Source: Camelus ferus (taxonomy: Eukaryota). Taken from it: DNA of 64,000 nt. The stretch spans positions 73,038,001 through 73,102,000 of the forward strand of contig NC_045696.1 of assembly GCF_009834535.1 (NCBI RefSeq), given 5' to 3'. Shown here in pieces: positions 25,306 to 38,800 of the stretch. Within the stretch, counting starts at the first letter, position 1. The number at the start of each line of letters is the position of its first letter. Under the pieces are notes generated by a model, which did no database searches, was not told the DNA's origin, and saw only the letters and a program-made list of their open reading frames with translations. Position numbers and translations under genes: made by a program.

Positions 25306-27644
25306 GCCCTCATCCCCAACCTTACTAATGGCTGTTCTGAAAAGCAACCTTTTCTCTGAAAGTGAGGAAAGGCAGTATAAAAAAGTGAGATGCAAATTAT
25401 TTTAAGGCAATAAGGGGCAGGGGGCGCGGGGGGGGGGGAGGAAGTGCTGGAGAATGTTAACTCAAGCCTCTGCTAAAGCTCATTGCAAAGGAGATTCTTT
25501 CCACAAAGCAAAATATAAGCACCTGTTTTGCAAAATCCTCCAAAAGCAAGAAGAGGGGGGTATAAAAAGCTCTTTTAATTACAATAAACAAATAAATAAA
25601 TAAGCAGTGCCAACTAGCAGGCGATCAAACCACAGTCAAACTTCAATCTCAGAGCAGTTAGCTATAAACTGTTAGCAGTTGAAAAGTAAACCTTGTGCAC
25701 ACAAAGGCACTGTTTAATTTTCTTCGTGTAAGGGTTCTAAATGAAGACCCCATCACTATGCAGTTAAGCGGTATTTCTTGTCCCCCTGAGGCGCTGATCA
25801 GTTCTTTATAATGTGAGAAAAGTGGCAGCTCAAAACCCGTCAATGGAGCTCCCACAACAAAAGTTCTGAAAAGCTGAATGAATTGGGTTTGTAATTACTG
25901 CATCCCATTCCCCCCACCCCTTGCAGCTTATCTCTTATTCATTCACCTTATATTATCGTCAAAGAATCTTACTCTCAAAATCATTCCCTTCCCATTCTAC
26001 CTGGGGCCACGGGAGGAACCTATGACACGGCAGAAATGGAACACTCGCCACCCCCCCCCCCACACACACCTGAAAGTGTTCAGACCAATAAGTAGGGAGG
26101 AGAGGAGGGATTATCTTGTACCCCAGTTTACTAAGACTACTAGAACTCAGAGTAGTCAGCCTACAGAGTCTTCCATTTTAAAACCAGAATTTTATTGGCA
26201 AACGGGAATGTGTACCCTTTCTAAATTCAGAGCCTTCTTGAGTTTCTGAAATCCTGTGACATCTCCACTTAGAAAAGGCAAAGGTTAGAAATAAATCCCT
26301 CCCCTGTCTCTTCAAATTGCTAGGTCCTAAAAGACCATGCCAGACATGATGTAAAATTAAGATAACTTATTATATCCTTTTCTTTTAAACCAAAAATGGT
26401 AAATAAAATAGAAAAAGAGACTTATATCCACCTCCCACCCCCACCCCCACCCCCCAGTAGTCAAGGAAAAGGTTTTATGAAAAAGTCAGCTTTAGAATGC
26501 CAAGGCTCTGTGTGTATTTCAATCCGAGGCATTGCTGATGGAGAAGATTCTCCTGAGATTTCCTACTGTAAGAATGTGTCGGTTCTAGAAATAAGTACAG
26601 CTATTACAACCAAATCTACTAGCAGACTAAATAATTAATTGAAGCGTTGCTCTTTGACCCTTGAAAAGTCCAGTAGGGACACGTTTATAGTAATAATACC
26701 TCCGAATGAGCCCTTGTCAAATATTCATTTAGTGGTTAATGTGAGCCATTTTCCCCTGGGACTGTCTGTAATACCAGCTTCCCAGCATTGGCAAGAAACC
26801 TTGCTAATCTACTACAGCTCAGCAAAATATTTTAACGCTCTTTATTTAAAGTATGGGGGGGGGTGCAGGGAGAGAAGAAATTGCAGAGGGAACAAACTAT
26901 AATCTCATCCTTCTGCACATTTCTATTCATCGTAAAAGGTTAACAAAACATTAAATTCATCCTTTTGACTGTGAACGGAATGGTTTTAGTGAGCAGAATA
27001 ATAACCTGAGGAAAGAACTGAACACTCAACAACCAACTTTAGCATTGGGAGATAATCATCTCTGGGCAACCTTATGGGTTTACCCCCTTTTTGGAAATCA
27101 TGTTATAATTAAAATATTATATATTCAGTATTGATCTAGCCATGAAACTACACATCTGGGGGAACCATTTCACCCAATCAAATGAGTAATGAAATATGTA
27201 TCATTTTCCTCAAATGCAGTTTATCAAAAGGATTTATATTTGCAAACAAAATATTTTGGCTTTCATTTGGTTAGGAGATATAGAGGGATAGGAGGGGAAA
27301 TGGGAGTTCTCTTGTTCTATGCAGGCAGTAACAATCATTCAAAACTAGTGCAACTTCCTACAATATTGCTTTCTTCCCTCTTGCAAAATATTTGAACTTG
27401 AGCATTTTGCCAAAAAGTTGTTGCTTTAGTCTGATTTTGTGGGCTTTTTTTTTTCTTAAGGAAGTTTAGGCGCAGTACAATTACTCTAAACCCTAATACA
27501 TATTTCTAATAATCTCTATTTTTCAAATATATACACTCCATATAGTTGATTGGCTCAAATTCCGGGAATATTCTCCCCACCCCCAGAAAGATCATTTGGA
27601 TCTTTATTCAAAGTTTCTTTTATTCGTATGTGTGAGCAAGAACT

Positions 27645-27750
27645 GGCGAATGTGCTCATTACCACGTGAATAATCCGTATATGCATTACAATGGCTGGCC
27701 AGGCCGGGGGAAATTCTTTTAGAGTCTCTGCATTAATTAGGGGGGGAAAT
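27645..27750 (-). promoter_or_regulatory. SRR2 enhancer (SOX2 regulatory region 2) with composite Sox-Oct element
   Basis: Minus strand CATTGTAATGCATAT at 27693-27679, within ...CCCCCCTAATTAATGCAGAGACTCTAAAAGAATTTCCC...GGATTATTCACGTGGTAATGAGCAC, ~4.2 kb 3' of the TSS. Confidence 0.95.
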
Positions 27751-28504
27751 GCCTCACTTAGAATTGGGAACTGGCATAATAATTGTCCTTTCCCAGTACA
27801 ATATTACTCTAAAAGTGAGGATTAAAAAAAAAAAAGAAGAAGAAGAAATAAAAACCAACAAACACTTAAAGCAAACCACATGAAATAAAAATACAGAAAA
27901 TATGAGGCTATCCCCAGCTGAGCCCAGAATTAACATTAGCAACAACACGAGAAAGAAATACTTTCTCGGAAAAAGAGAAGATGCAAACCAACGGGATGAG
28001 CTAACATAGTGGCTGCAGCCAGTACTTCACTCAAGCAAGGGTGGAAGGCGCAGCCGGATTCCAACTTCTCCAAAGTTGTAGCAAGTTGACACAACAAGCC
28101 CTTGAAATTGTGGGAGGGAAACCCCCGCTCTTAAGAATGAGGGACCTAGGTTCCTGGTCCCCTTCGGTGGGGGAAGAAGAGCGAGATAAGTAGTGAATAA
28201 AAGAAAAGTCCCGGAGTGGGTCTTACAGATTCTGTGGCTGCGCCAAGCGCGCAGGTCGGTTGTGATTCAGAAACATCACTAATTCAAAGATTACGGCGAT
28301 TCCCCAACTTTTCCGCTCCCAGTGAGGACAACTACAGTCTTTCTTTACCTTTCCTAGGGCAAAAGAAAACAACAAATCCAATCTTGTTTTCCCACCCCTT
28401 TACCCCTCCCCCTACTTCTCTACTACTGTAGTAAAACATGGTTAACAGATCAAAAGCACAATCATCTCCAAATGTGATTAGACCGGACAAAGTAAAATAT
28501 CTAC

Positions 28505-28612
28505 CTCAGAGTTGATTGTTTTCTTCTTTAATATGGCTGTTGCCTGGCTTCTCTTTTGCTTGTTATCAGCTGCACAGATTATCCGATTTGGGGCTACAGG
28601 CTTGGACCCGCG
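28505..28612 (-). ncRNA. SOX2-OT: SOX2-OT internal exon (108 nt) just 3' of SOX2
   Basis: Acceptor ttccatttcttaaattggcAG|CGCGGGTCCAAGCC; donor ACTCTGAG|GTAGAT; contains CAAAAGAGAAGCCAGGCAAC, recalled from human/mouse SOX2-OT. Confidence 0.75.
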
Positions 28613-29350
28613 CTGCCAATTTAAGAAATGGAATTCGTGGAGGGAGAGAGAGGAAAAAAGAAAATAAATAATAATAATAAATAGCCATAAGTCAGGGAGT
28701 TTTGCAAGACGCTCTTTGGTTTCCCTCACCCCTAAACTGGAAAAATGTGGAGGAGAAAGTTTATGAAGTCAAGGAACAAAGAAAGCAAACCACTTGTTTC
28801 TTCTCAGACAATAGCAGGGCCAGAGTAATCCAAACACCCACCCAGCAGATGAGCACTTTGCTTGTCTAGTTTGCAATTATTCCGATACAAGAAGCATCAT
28901 TTTCCCCTATAACCACATTTCCAAAGGGCCATTGTGCTGCGAAGAAAACGAAAACAAAACCAGCCAACCTGGTTCTGACTTGGCTCAATACCCCATCTGC
29001 TAAGCTACATGAAAATTTTCAGAATTGACTCTTTTCTGGCAACAAGTGGCACAAATCAGTGTAAGTCCCCATCGTGCTTATTCATGCTGCTTAGAAAAGG
29101 AGGGGGTGGATTTACAATATATGTCCCTAGTTTCTATTTTGGAAATGACAGGAGCATTTCTATTTTTTAAGAGTACTTATTCAATTAATCATCCAGCCAT
29201 TTATTTGTTGCAGTTAACATTAACACATGTTACTGGACTAGAATACCAAGGTTTTAGATACTTCGCTTTCTTGGCTGAGCACAGTATATTCCCCAAGGAG
29301 CTGGTTATAATCACAGTGTTATCCAAATAAATGAAAGACTCAAGCATAAT

Positions 29351-30448
29351 TTCAGTGTCCATATTTCAAAAATTTATTTATCTCAAACTGTGCATAATGG
29401 AGTAAAAACTTAAGTTGAAAATGTACCTGTTATAAGGATGGTATTAGTTCAAATATATACATGGATTCTCGGCAGACTGATTGAATAATACAGAGCCGAA
29501 TATTTAAAATACAACTACGGAAAATAAAAGGGGGGAAAAACCTTAAAATATCACAATAAATTTACAGAAATATTACAAACCATAAGAAAATATTTCAAAC
29601 ACAGTAATTTCATGTTTTTATCTGAACAAAATGGAAAGTTGGAAAACAAAAGCTATTATAAATTACCAACGATGTCAACCTGCATGGCCATTTTTGTTTG
29701 TAACAGTAAGTTTAAAAAAAAAAATTTAGTACACTCTAAAACTTTTGCTCCTGTAAAGAAGACCACGGAGATGGTTTTGCCAATACTTATTCTAATTTTC
29801 CTTTTGTACAATTTTTAAACAATTAAAGTGTCCAAATCTGAATTTTCTTTTCCTTCCACGTTTGCAACTGTCCTAAATTTCAGCTGCAGAATCAAAATTC
29901 AGCAAGAAGCCTCCCCTTGAAAAATATTGGCAAATTCTCAGCTTATAAACAATGGACATTTTGATTGCCATGTTTATCTCGATAAATACTGTACAAAAGT
30001 TGCTTGCAAATATTAAAACATTTTTTCGTCGCTTGGAGACTAGCTCTAAATATTATTGGTAAAGACTTTTGCAAACTTTCTGCAAAGCTCCTACCGTATC
30101 ACTAGAACTTTTAAAAAGTTTTGCGTAGTTTTCTTTCCTCCAGATCTATACAAGGTCCATTCCCTCACCCTCCCCACCCCACCCACCCCCGGTTTTCTCT
30201 GTACAAAAATAGTCCCCCAAAAAGAAGTCCAGGATCTCTCATAAAAGTTTTCTTGCCGGCATCGCGGTTTTTGCGTGAGCGCGGATGGGATTAGTGTTCT
30301 CTTTTGCAGCTGTCATTTGCTGTGGGTAATGACTTTTTGTTTTTTGAGCGTACCGGGTTTTTCTCCAGGCTGTTACTTACTCTCCTCCCATTCCCTCTTT
30401 TTCTTTGAAAATTTCTTCCCTCTCCCCCTCCAGTTCACTGTCCGGCCC
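29351..30448 (-). other. SOX2: SOX2 3' UTR
   Basis: Between the TGA stop and the polyA site; AU-rich and similar to the remembered human SOX2 3'UTR. Confidence 0.85.
29373..29378 (-). terminator. SOX2 polyadenylation signal AATAAA
   Basis: Minus strand ...gataAATAAAtttttgaaatatggacactgaa, matching the known SOX2 mRNA end; cleavage ~29351. Confidence 0.85.
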
Positions 30449-31851
<1,403 letters not shown>

Positions 31852-31852
<1 letters not shown>

Positions 31853-32130
31853 ATGTGACGGGGGCTGTCAGGGAATAAATGGGTTTCCAGCGACCAATCA
31901 GCGCGCGGCGGCTCCTCCACTCGAGCCCAGCCTCGCCGCCCGGTTTTGCATGAAAGGGGGCGGGGCCTGCCGCGCCGCGGGCCGCGCGGGGGAGGCGGGG
32001 GGGGAAGAGGGAGGGGGAGGCGGCTCCCACAGCCAGCCTGCCAGCCACTGAGAAACCTTTGTATCCCCTCTCGCAGCAACAGGTCACACCACACGCCTTT
32101 TCGAAGGAAGTGGGTAAACAGCACTAAGTC
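31852..32130 (-). promoter_or_regulatory. SOX2 proximal promoter
   Basis: E-box CATGTGAC 31852-31859; CCAAT (NF-Y type) 31894-31898; octamer-like TTTTGCAT 31944-31951; GC box GGGGGCGGGGC 31956-31966; no obvious TATA box. Confidence 0.85.
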
Positions 32131-34072
32131 TACGACTTTTTTCTTCTTTAAACTTAATCTTGATTTACTTTTTGGTGCGCGCCGCTGAAATGAGGAAGGG
32201 GCGCGAGAAGCTGAGGTGTGGGGGTGGGGCAGGGCAGAAAGGGTGGTTCGGGGCGACTGTCCTACTGGTACTTCAGGGAACCGGCCGTGCTGGAGTTGGT
32301 GTGTCATTGTTCTCCCGCTGCCCCGCTCACTTCCCCCAGCGCCAGCCGCTCTAGGGCTTCTCCCCAACCTGGCTCTTCGCTTGCCCCCATTCCCTCCACG
32401 ACTGCCGATGCTCGCTCACCCTCTTCTCACACTGTCCCGACAAGAAGTTAGGAGGCTGAAAGCTGTGTCCTCAGAACCCTCCTTGCTTCCACATAATTTG
32501 CTCTATTTAAAAAGTAAATCCTGCTCGGAAAGTGCGGCCGCCTCTAGAGCTGAGGCTAGGCCGGGCCTGGGTAAACTGCCGAGTCCACGCTCTTCCCTAC
32601 CCTACTCAGCCCTCCGGGCAGGAAACCACAGCTTGGCCCTCACCCCCGCCACATCTCCCACCCGTCTTTCTCCACTCGGGCGGTGCCAAGGGGATGCGCG
32701 TCCTCTCTCCCCATTCTCCTCCTTAGCCTCCCCCACGGAGGGATCCCAGTGGTGCCGCTTTCCAGAGAGCGCAGGGGGAAGAAAGATCAACAGAAGGACG
32801 CTCAGAAGTACAGGCTATGGGGGAGGGTAATCTCAACTTCCTGGCATCCCAGGGCACGGCTTGGAGGTGGCTTTTGAGCCGCACTCACAAACTCCCTCCC
32901 ACGCAGAGTTCCCAGGACTCAAGCACGACCAGCCCTGGCATTTCCCCCAGTGACTTCTACAGCGGTGGCTGCATCGCCCCGGCCGCCTAGGCCTGGGGCT
33001 GCGCTCGGAGGGGCCTCCAGGCCTGGGAGGCGGGAGTGGTGCTTGCTCTCCAGGCACAGGTGCAGGCCGCGCAGGCAGGAAGAAGGCGAGCAGGACTGGG
33101 GAAAGGGGTAGCCCAGCAAGGCTGGGGCTAGAGGAGGATGGGATGGGGGCGGGGGTAGGGGCTCAGGAATCCTGCCCTCCCAGGACCCAGGAGAGTAATT
33201 TTAGCCGCTCTCCCATTGTCCCGACGTAAAGATTTCAATAGGTAGGCGCTCAATGCGCAGAGCAATGGCAGCACGTCCGTTACAAATAGGTAGTTTTGTT
33301 TCTCTTGTTGTCGCTACACGGAGTCAAACAAAGCCCCGTCTAAGTTTCCTTCCACTCTCTTGTTGGGATCTTTGTGGCTAAAATGCACTTGACTACAAAG
33401 CGGGGGGGGGGGGGGGAGAAAAAAAAAACCTGATGCCATTTCTTTTTTTTATAAAGGGCTTAAACCATCAGAGTTACTTATTTTCTTTCTTCTGTAACAC
33501 TCTCTCCGCCCCCCTCCTCCCCTGATCTATCCTTACTCACCCTAAGAAAATGTACTGAATAGTATCTGTCGGCCATGTTCCATTTATTATCTTTACAAAA
33601 CTGTGCATTGTTTTGTTCCTTACTAACCTTCCCATAACCGTCCCCCCCTTCCCCTCCAACTTCTCCAATCCCTGCATTCCCAGGCTTTTCTGTTTTTGTC
33701 AAAGTTAAGATAAGCATATCCACTGGAAACCCGGAAAAGTTGTGAAAAAGAATCTAGCAGACTTTTCTTAATAAATCATTATTTCCAGTCAACCTCTTCT
33801 ACCTCCCTCCCTCCTCTAGCAGTTTCTCTCTTTTTCTCCTAAGTTATGATTCGTTTTAGTTACTGGGAACCCGGGAAGGATGAGACTAGCCTTCTGGAAA
33901 CGCATAAGTATATGGCAGTCTTCAAAATAAAGTAGTGTCTTCTGTTTATTCGAGGTGTAATATTAAGCTAAACATGGACCTGAAGAGTAGGAAAGAGAAA
34001 AGGTTGAGAGGATCTGGAGAAGGGAAAGCGGCCACCGGCTTTTCAGCGCGTCTGGTTTCAGGGATGTGGCTG

Positions 34073-34092
34073 GTGCGCCCCCTACTGGTGAA
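34073..34092 (-). promoter_or_regulatory. CTCF motif
   Basis: Minus strand TTCACCAGTAGGGGGCGCAC closely matches the CTCF core consensus. Confidence 0.75.
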
Positions 34093-35539
34093 TTCGCTTT
34101 CCCAAGACTATTGCTTTTACCTTTAAAAGAAGGTGTTTGGAAATAATTGAAGGGAAAAAAAATGAGGGGGATGGGAGGAAGATCAAACTAATTACACATA
34201 ATCTAAACAAAAGAAAAGTTAACATATCATATAAGCTATGGAAGCAAATCATAAGAATCAGATTTAATTTGCTTAACTTAGAAAGGTACTTACAACCTCG
34301 AGATAAGTGGGAGGTTAAACCATGGGAAAAAATAGGTACAAATTATGAGATTCAACATATGAATGAATTATGATTGTCCAGACGCCTTGGAGGGCAGATC
34401 AAGCATTCACTTTATGATTGTGAATGCATTGGTCTGCACTTAATAGCATTATTTGGAAAACTAAATAAAAGCTTATAGATAATTAAGATGGAAGAAGAAG
34501 AAGAAAAAAAACCCAAGGGGTTGGTGTGGATAATAGCGGTGTATATGTATTAAAATAAATATTAATAACGGATAGTTATAGAAGCAAATGTTCTAGAAGC
34601 AAATCTCTCTCTCAAGGGTGGTAGTAAGAGGCACACATTTTTTCTTGGTATGATATATAAAAGCTTTTTCACATTCTCAGATGCATGTGTTTGTGCCTGA
34701 ACTCTATAATAATGCATTTAAGAGGTTAAAGGGGCTGGCTAGGTCTTTTGTTAATTGCTTTTATCATATAAATAAGCTATGGAAATACATTACAATTGTG
34801 TTATCATTGGTTGCATTTATTTACAGCTTTATTTTAATTAAGCCTGCTGTACTTATCAAGGCAATAAACTAACTGTGGCTGGCATTTATGCATAATAATG
34901 TGCTATGAAAATAAGATTAAAGAAGATGGTGATAGCAGAAACAATTTTCTCATTAGATTTTTTAGAACATATGCATTAAAAAAATCAGATCACCGGCCAC
35001 TCTATTTCAATCCAGCACCATCACTGGGCCCTAAATATAATAATAACTATAACAATCATAATAGATGACAGAAGCAGCACTGTTTTAGGTTTATAACAGA
35101 CGGCTACAGTACTAATAACAATACACCATTGACTACTGGGGAATCAAAATAAGACTTGGAAGAGGGTGCTTCATCCTCGGAGAATTTAAAATGTTGCCAT
35201 TGGCACAATTTATGAAAATTGAAAGTGCTTAATCCAAAGAGAGTTAACATTTCCCTTCATTGGGCAGAAAAAGCTGTATACTTTCAGAGTAAGATTAGAA
35301 ATTAAGAACAAAAATGCTTAACTCCCAGGATATTCTGATTTGATTTTGTTTTATTATAGGTCCTAACCCCAAGTCCTTAACTGATTAAGTGTAACTAAAT
35401 TTTATTAAAAAAAAATTTGGCATTGATATTTCTCTCCTAAACTCCCCTTATCCTTCCTCAAGTATTATATCTGAAGCCAACTAATAATTTTGTGGAGATA
35501 GGGGACTGTAGACTTATTTTTTCTTCTTAGTGGCAAATA

Positions 35540-35830
35540 GAGGTTTAACTTGCAGTAATTAGGTGAGAACTAGCCAAGCATCTTACTATTATGATGCTTG
35601 TTAAAAAACGCTTCTTTTCTGCATCTGCATTTGAGTGTGTTCCCCTCCTCTCTTAATCTTCTTATGGAAATGAAGGCAAACGGCAGGGAACCTGCAGTCT
35701 TGGAGAATGTCCTTGTTAACTGGAATTTCTCAGCATTGCTAATTAGCAGAGTTTGACGACCACCAGTATTGGGGGGAAAGCTCTGTTTAACCACTCACAA
35801 ACCATTCCGAGGAAGAGCAGACTAATTTTA
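35540..35830. promoter_or_regulatory. SRR1 / N-2 enhancer
   Basis: ~3.8 kb 5' of the TSS; minus strand GGTGGTCGTCAAACTCTGCTAATTAGCAATGCTGAG...CAAATGCAGATGCAG...AAGCATCATAATAGTAAGATGCTTGGCTAG with POU-type and homeodomain sites; matches remembered SRR1. Confidence 0.85.
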
Positions 35831-38800
35831 TTTTGTAATTAAAATCTGAAAAGGGCCCTATTTGACAGTTAGGGCTATGAGAGTTTTATCTCCCCGTGAA
35901 ATAATTACTGCCTTGATAACTCAATTTTCTGAAAAATGTCAACTGTGGGCTCCAAAAGTTTTAATTTCATTACATAAGGAGAAAAAGAGAGAAAAATAGA
36001 AGAAACTGTACAGAAAGGCTTTCTAATTCTGGAACTGGTTAAATATATTAGGAGCCAGATTTGACCAAATGAAGGTTTTTTTTCTTTTCTTTCTTTCTTT
36101 CTTTCTTTTTTTTTTTTTTTTTTTTTTTTGCCATGTTTCCTTCGGATCCTAACCTTCCAGCCAGCTCCAGTGAAAGTGACAATAGCAGTGATCATGCTGC
36201 AGTGAAAGAGATCACACCAGCAGTGTGGAAAGAGGCAAATAAAACTAGAAAGAGAAGTACGACAACCCAAGAAGAATTCCAGATTTTAAAAACCAAAAGT
36301 AAAGGAAGATTTCGATGTTTAGGACAATGCTGGTGCAATCTGGTGAGATAAGATTTCATTGATGTTTATCCCCTAACACAAGAAAAAAGAAAGCTGAGAA
36401 TTAGAGTAGGGAAACTGGCATAACCAATTTTTAAAATGTGTCCTTCTCCCCTCTAAATCGCAAAAAGCCCTCAGTCACACCAAACTGGATCCTGCCACAA
36501 AACTTCCAGAATGATCAACACTTAATTCCCCAAGATTTATGAAACAAACACAGACAAATGGAGGTAAAGAAAGGTATTAGAGGGTTTCTTTTCCTTAGAA
36601 AAGCATCATATATTTCCCAAAAATAATCAATAAAACTTAAGCTGGAAAAAGTTAGAATATTCAACGTAAGAGCAAAATTTAGAATAGAATTGTACTGGTA
36701 GCAAACTTCATTTGCTTCAGCCTGTGAAGGATTCCGCACAGGAAATCCTAGAGGGGATACTTCAATTTTTATTGGGCAGTTTTCAAAATGGTAGAAACTC
36801 TTTCATCTACATTTCCTCCATTTTCTTCATATTGCCAAACTTGTCAGATTTTGGAAGTGTGAAGGATTATTGACAGGAATAGCAATAATAAATGTTTCTA
36901 GCAGAAACTGAGAACAAGCATATACCTTTATCCCGTTTTATTTACTAAGGCATAGATATGCATATGGATGCAAGTCAAATTAGACAGACAATTTAAAATT
37001 GCTTAATCATATTTTTTTCTTCTTGTCTGTCCTTTCAGCACCTTGCCTTTAATTTCCAGAAGTGGTATTACACATAACAAATGAACAAGGGGATAGCAAA
37101 TGCTATTTCAGTCCAGACCCAATTTCACCAAATAATTTCACTCAAGAGCTGTAAGGACCCTTGAAACCTAAGGAATGCAGAGCTGCTCTGCATTCAGCTC
37201 CTTTTTTATACTCATTCTCTTTCATCTAATTTCCACTGATGAAATAAATACATTTTTAAAAGAACTCAATAGTTAGAAAACTAAATATATTTCCTCTTGC
37301 AAATTATAGCAACAAAAGTAATATATAATCATTTGTGTATGTCTTCAGGGTTATATATAATAATCAACATATTGCTTATAATATTATATATGTACATCCT
37401 TCATATATTCCAGCTCAAATATTTTCTGGAAAAGGGGCTTTACACTTCACAATTTCATTTCCATTTCTGAATTATCAAGCAATCTTAACACAAGATTCTG
37501 TCTCTGCACTGCAGCTGTTGTCCAGGGAAAAATTCAGTGTGCCCATTAAATAATCTAATTACTTAAATAGAAAATCCCTTTTAAAAAAGACAAACAAATT
37601 TTGAAGAGCTGCCACCAGTGGTTTTCATCTGCATTGAAAAAAAATGATTTTGATATTAAAATTTAGGAGAAGGGAATGAAAAACAAATATACAAACCCTG
37701 GCAAACAGATTACCAGGAACTGCAAGTGGCCCAAAAAACCCATATGCCTTTCCACACCTCAAAATCGTTGCTTAGGAGTCTACATACATACTTCCCTGAT
37801 TGACCACACTGTCTTGTGCAATTAATCATACCAGAGGAACAAGGCTTCCGTAGGATCCTAATTTTCCAGTGATTGAGATTGTTACCCTCATTTTAGGAAA
37901 AAGGCGGTTATTTCAAATTCTCCAACCATGATTATTTCATTTAGTTGTGACCACAAATTTTGTGTGAAAAACAAACCTAAGCCTTCCTTAAGGTTTCTCT
38001 AGACCATATTAAATGACATGTAAGTGACAGCCCAGTGACTGTTGGCACCGGCAATCTACCAAGCAGAGGGATCGTCTTTCCCTTAGCCTGATCTCTTAGC
38101 AATGGGATTCTATTTTCCCTCTGGAGATCTCATGGTGCATACTGCTCCTGTGTTACCTGCAAGTCCCCTTTCTGGAAGTACAATCAGACATAATTCAAAC
38201 TCACAAAAAGTGATAACTCAACTATTTCAGAAGGCAGAGGTTTCTGGCATTCCCAAAAGCAAATCAGGGAAAGAAAGATGTTCTTAACGTGTGCTTGAGG
38301 GACAGGAGTACTATCAAAGGAAAAGGGGAAAAGACTTTCACCTGTTCATAAGAAAAGAAGCTGAAAACAAACCATTAAAAAAAAAAATCACCCTACAATC
38401 ACCATCAGCTCTAAACAAAACTATTACCCACTTTTTCTCCAAGATTTGCAGCTTCTTCTAGCCCTGGAAAGTGCTCTGAATGAAAGTGTACACCCATCCT
38501 GGGCGGGCTGGCATCCTCAAGGCCTCCCATTGACATCTGGAGCCCTCTCCTAAAAGCTCTTCTGCTCTCAAAAGAAATGTCTGAAACGTCTGCCTTCCCA
38601 GGGGCCCACTTCTCACCCCCTTGCACCCCGCTTCCAGCCCAGGCTCAGGTGGAGTTGGGCTTCCAAACTCATCCCAATGGAATTCTCAGATCGGTAGCCT
38701 GATAATCTTTAAAGGCTCCTTCGGAGCTAGGGCTCTGACTTTTATCTCCCCTGCCACCCTTCTTCCCTTTTTCTAGGCTCTCCCCACTCCTCTTCCCTCC

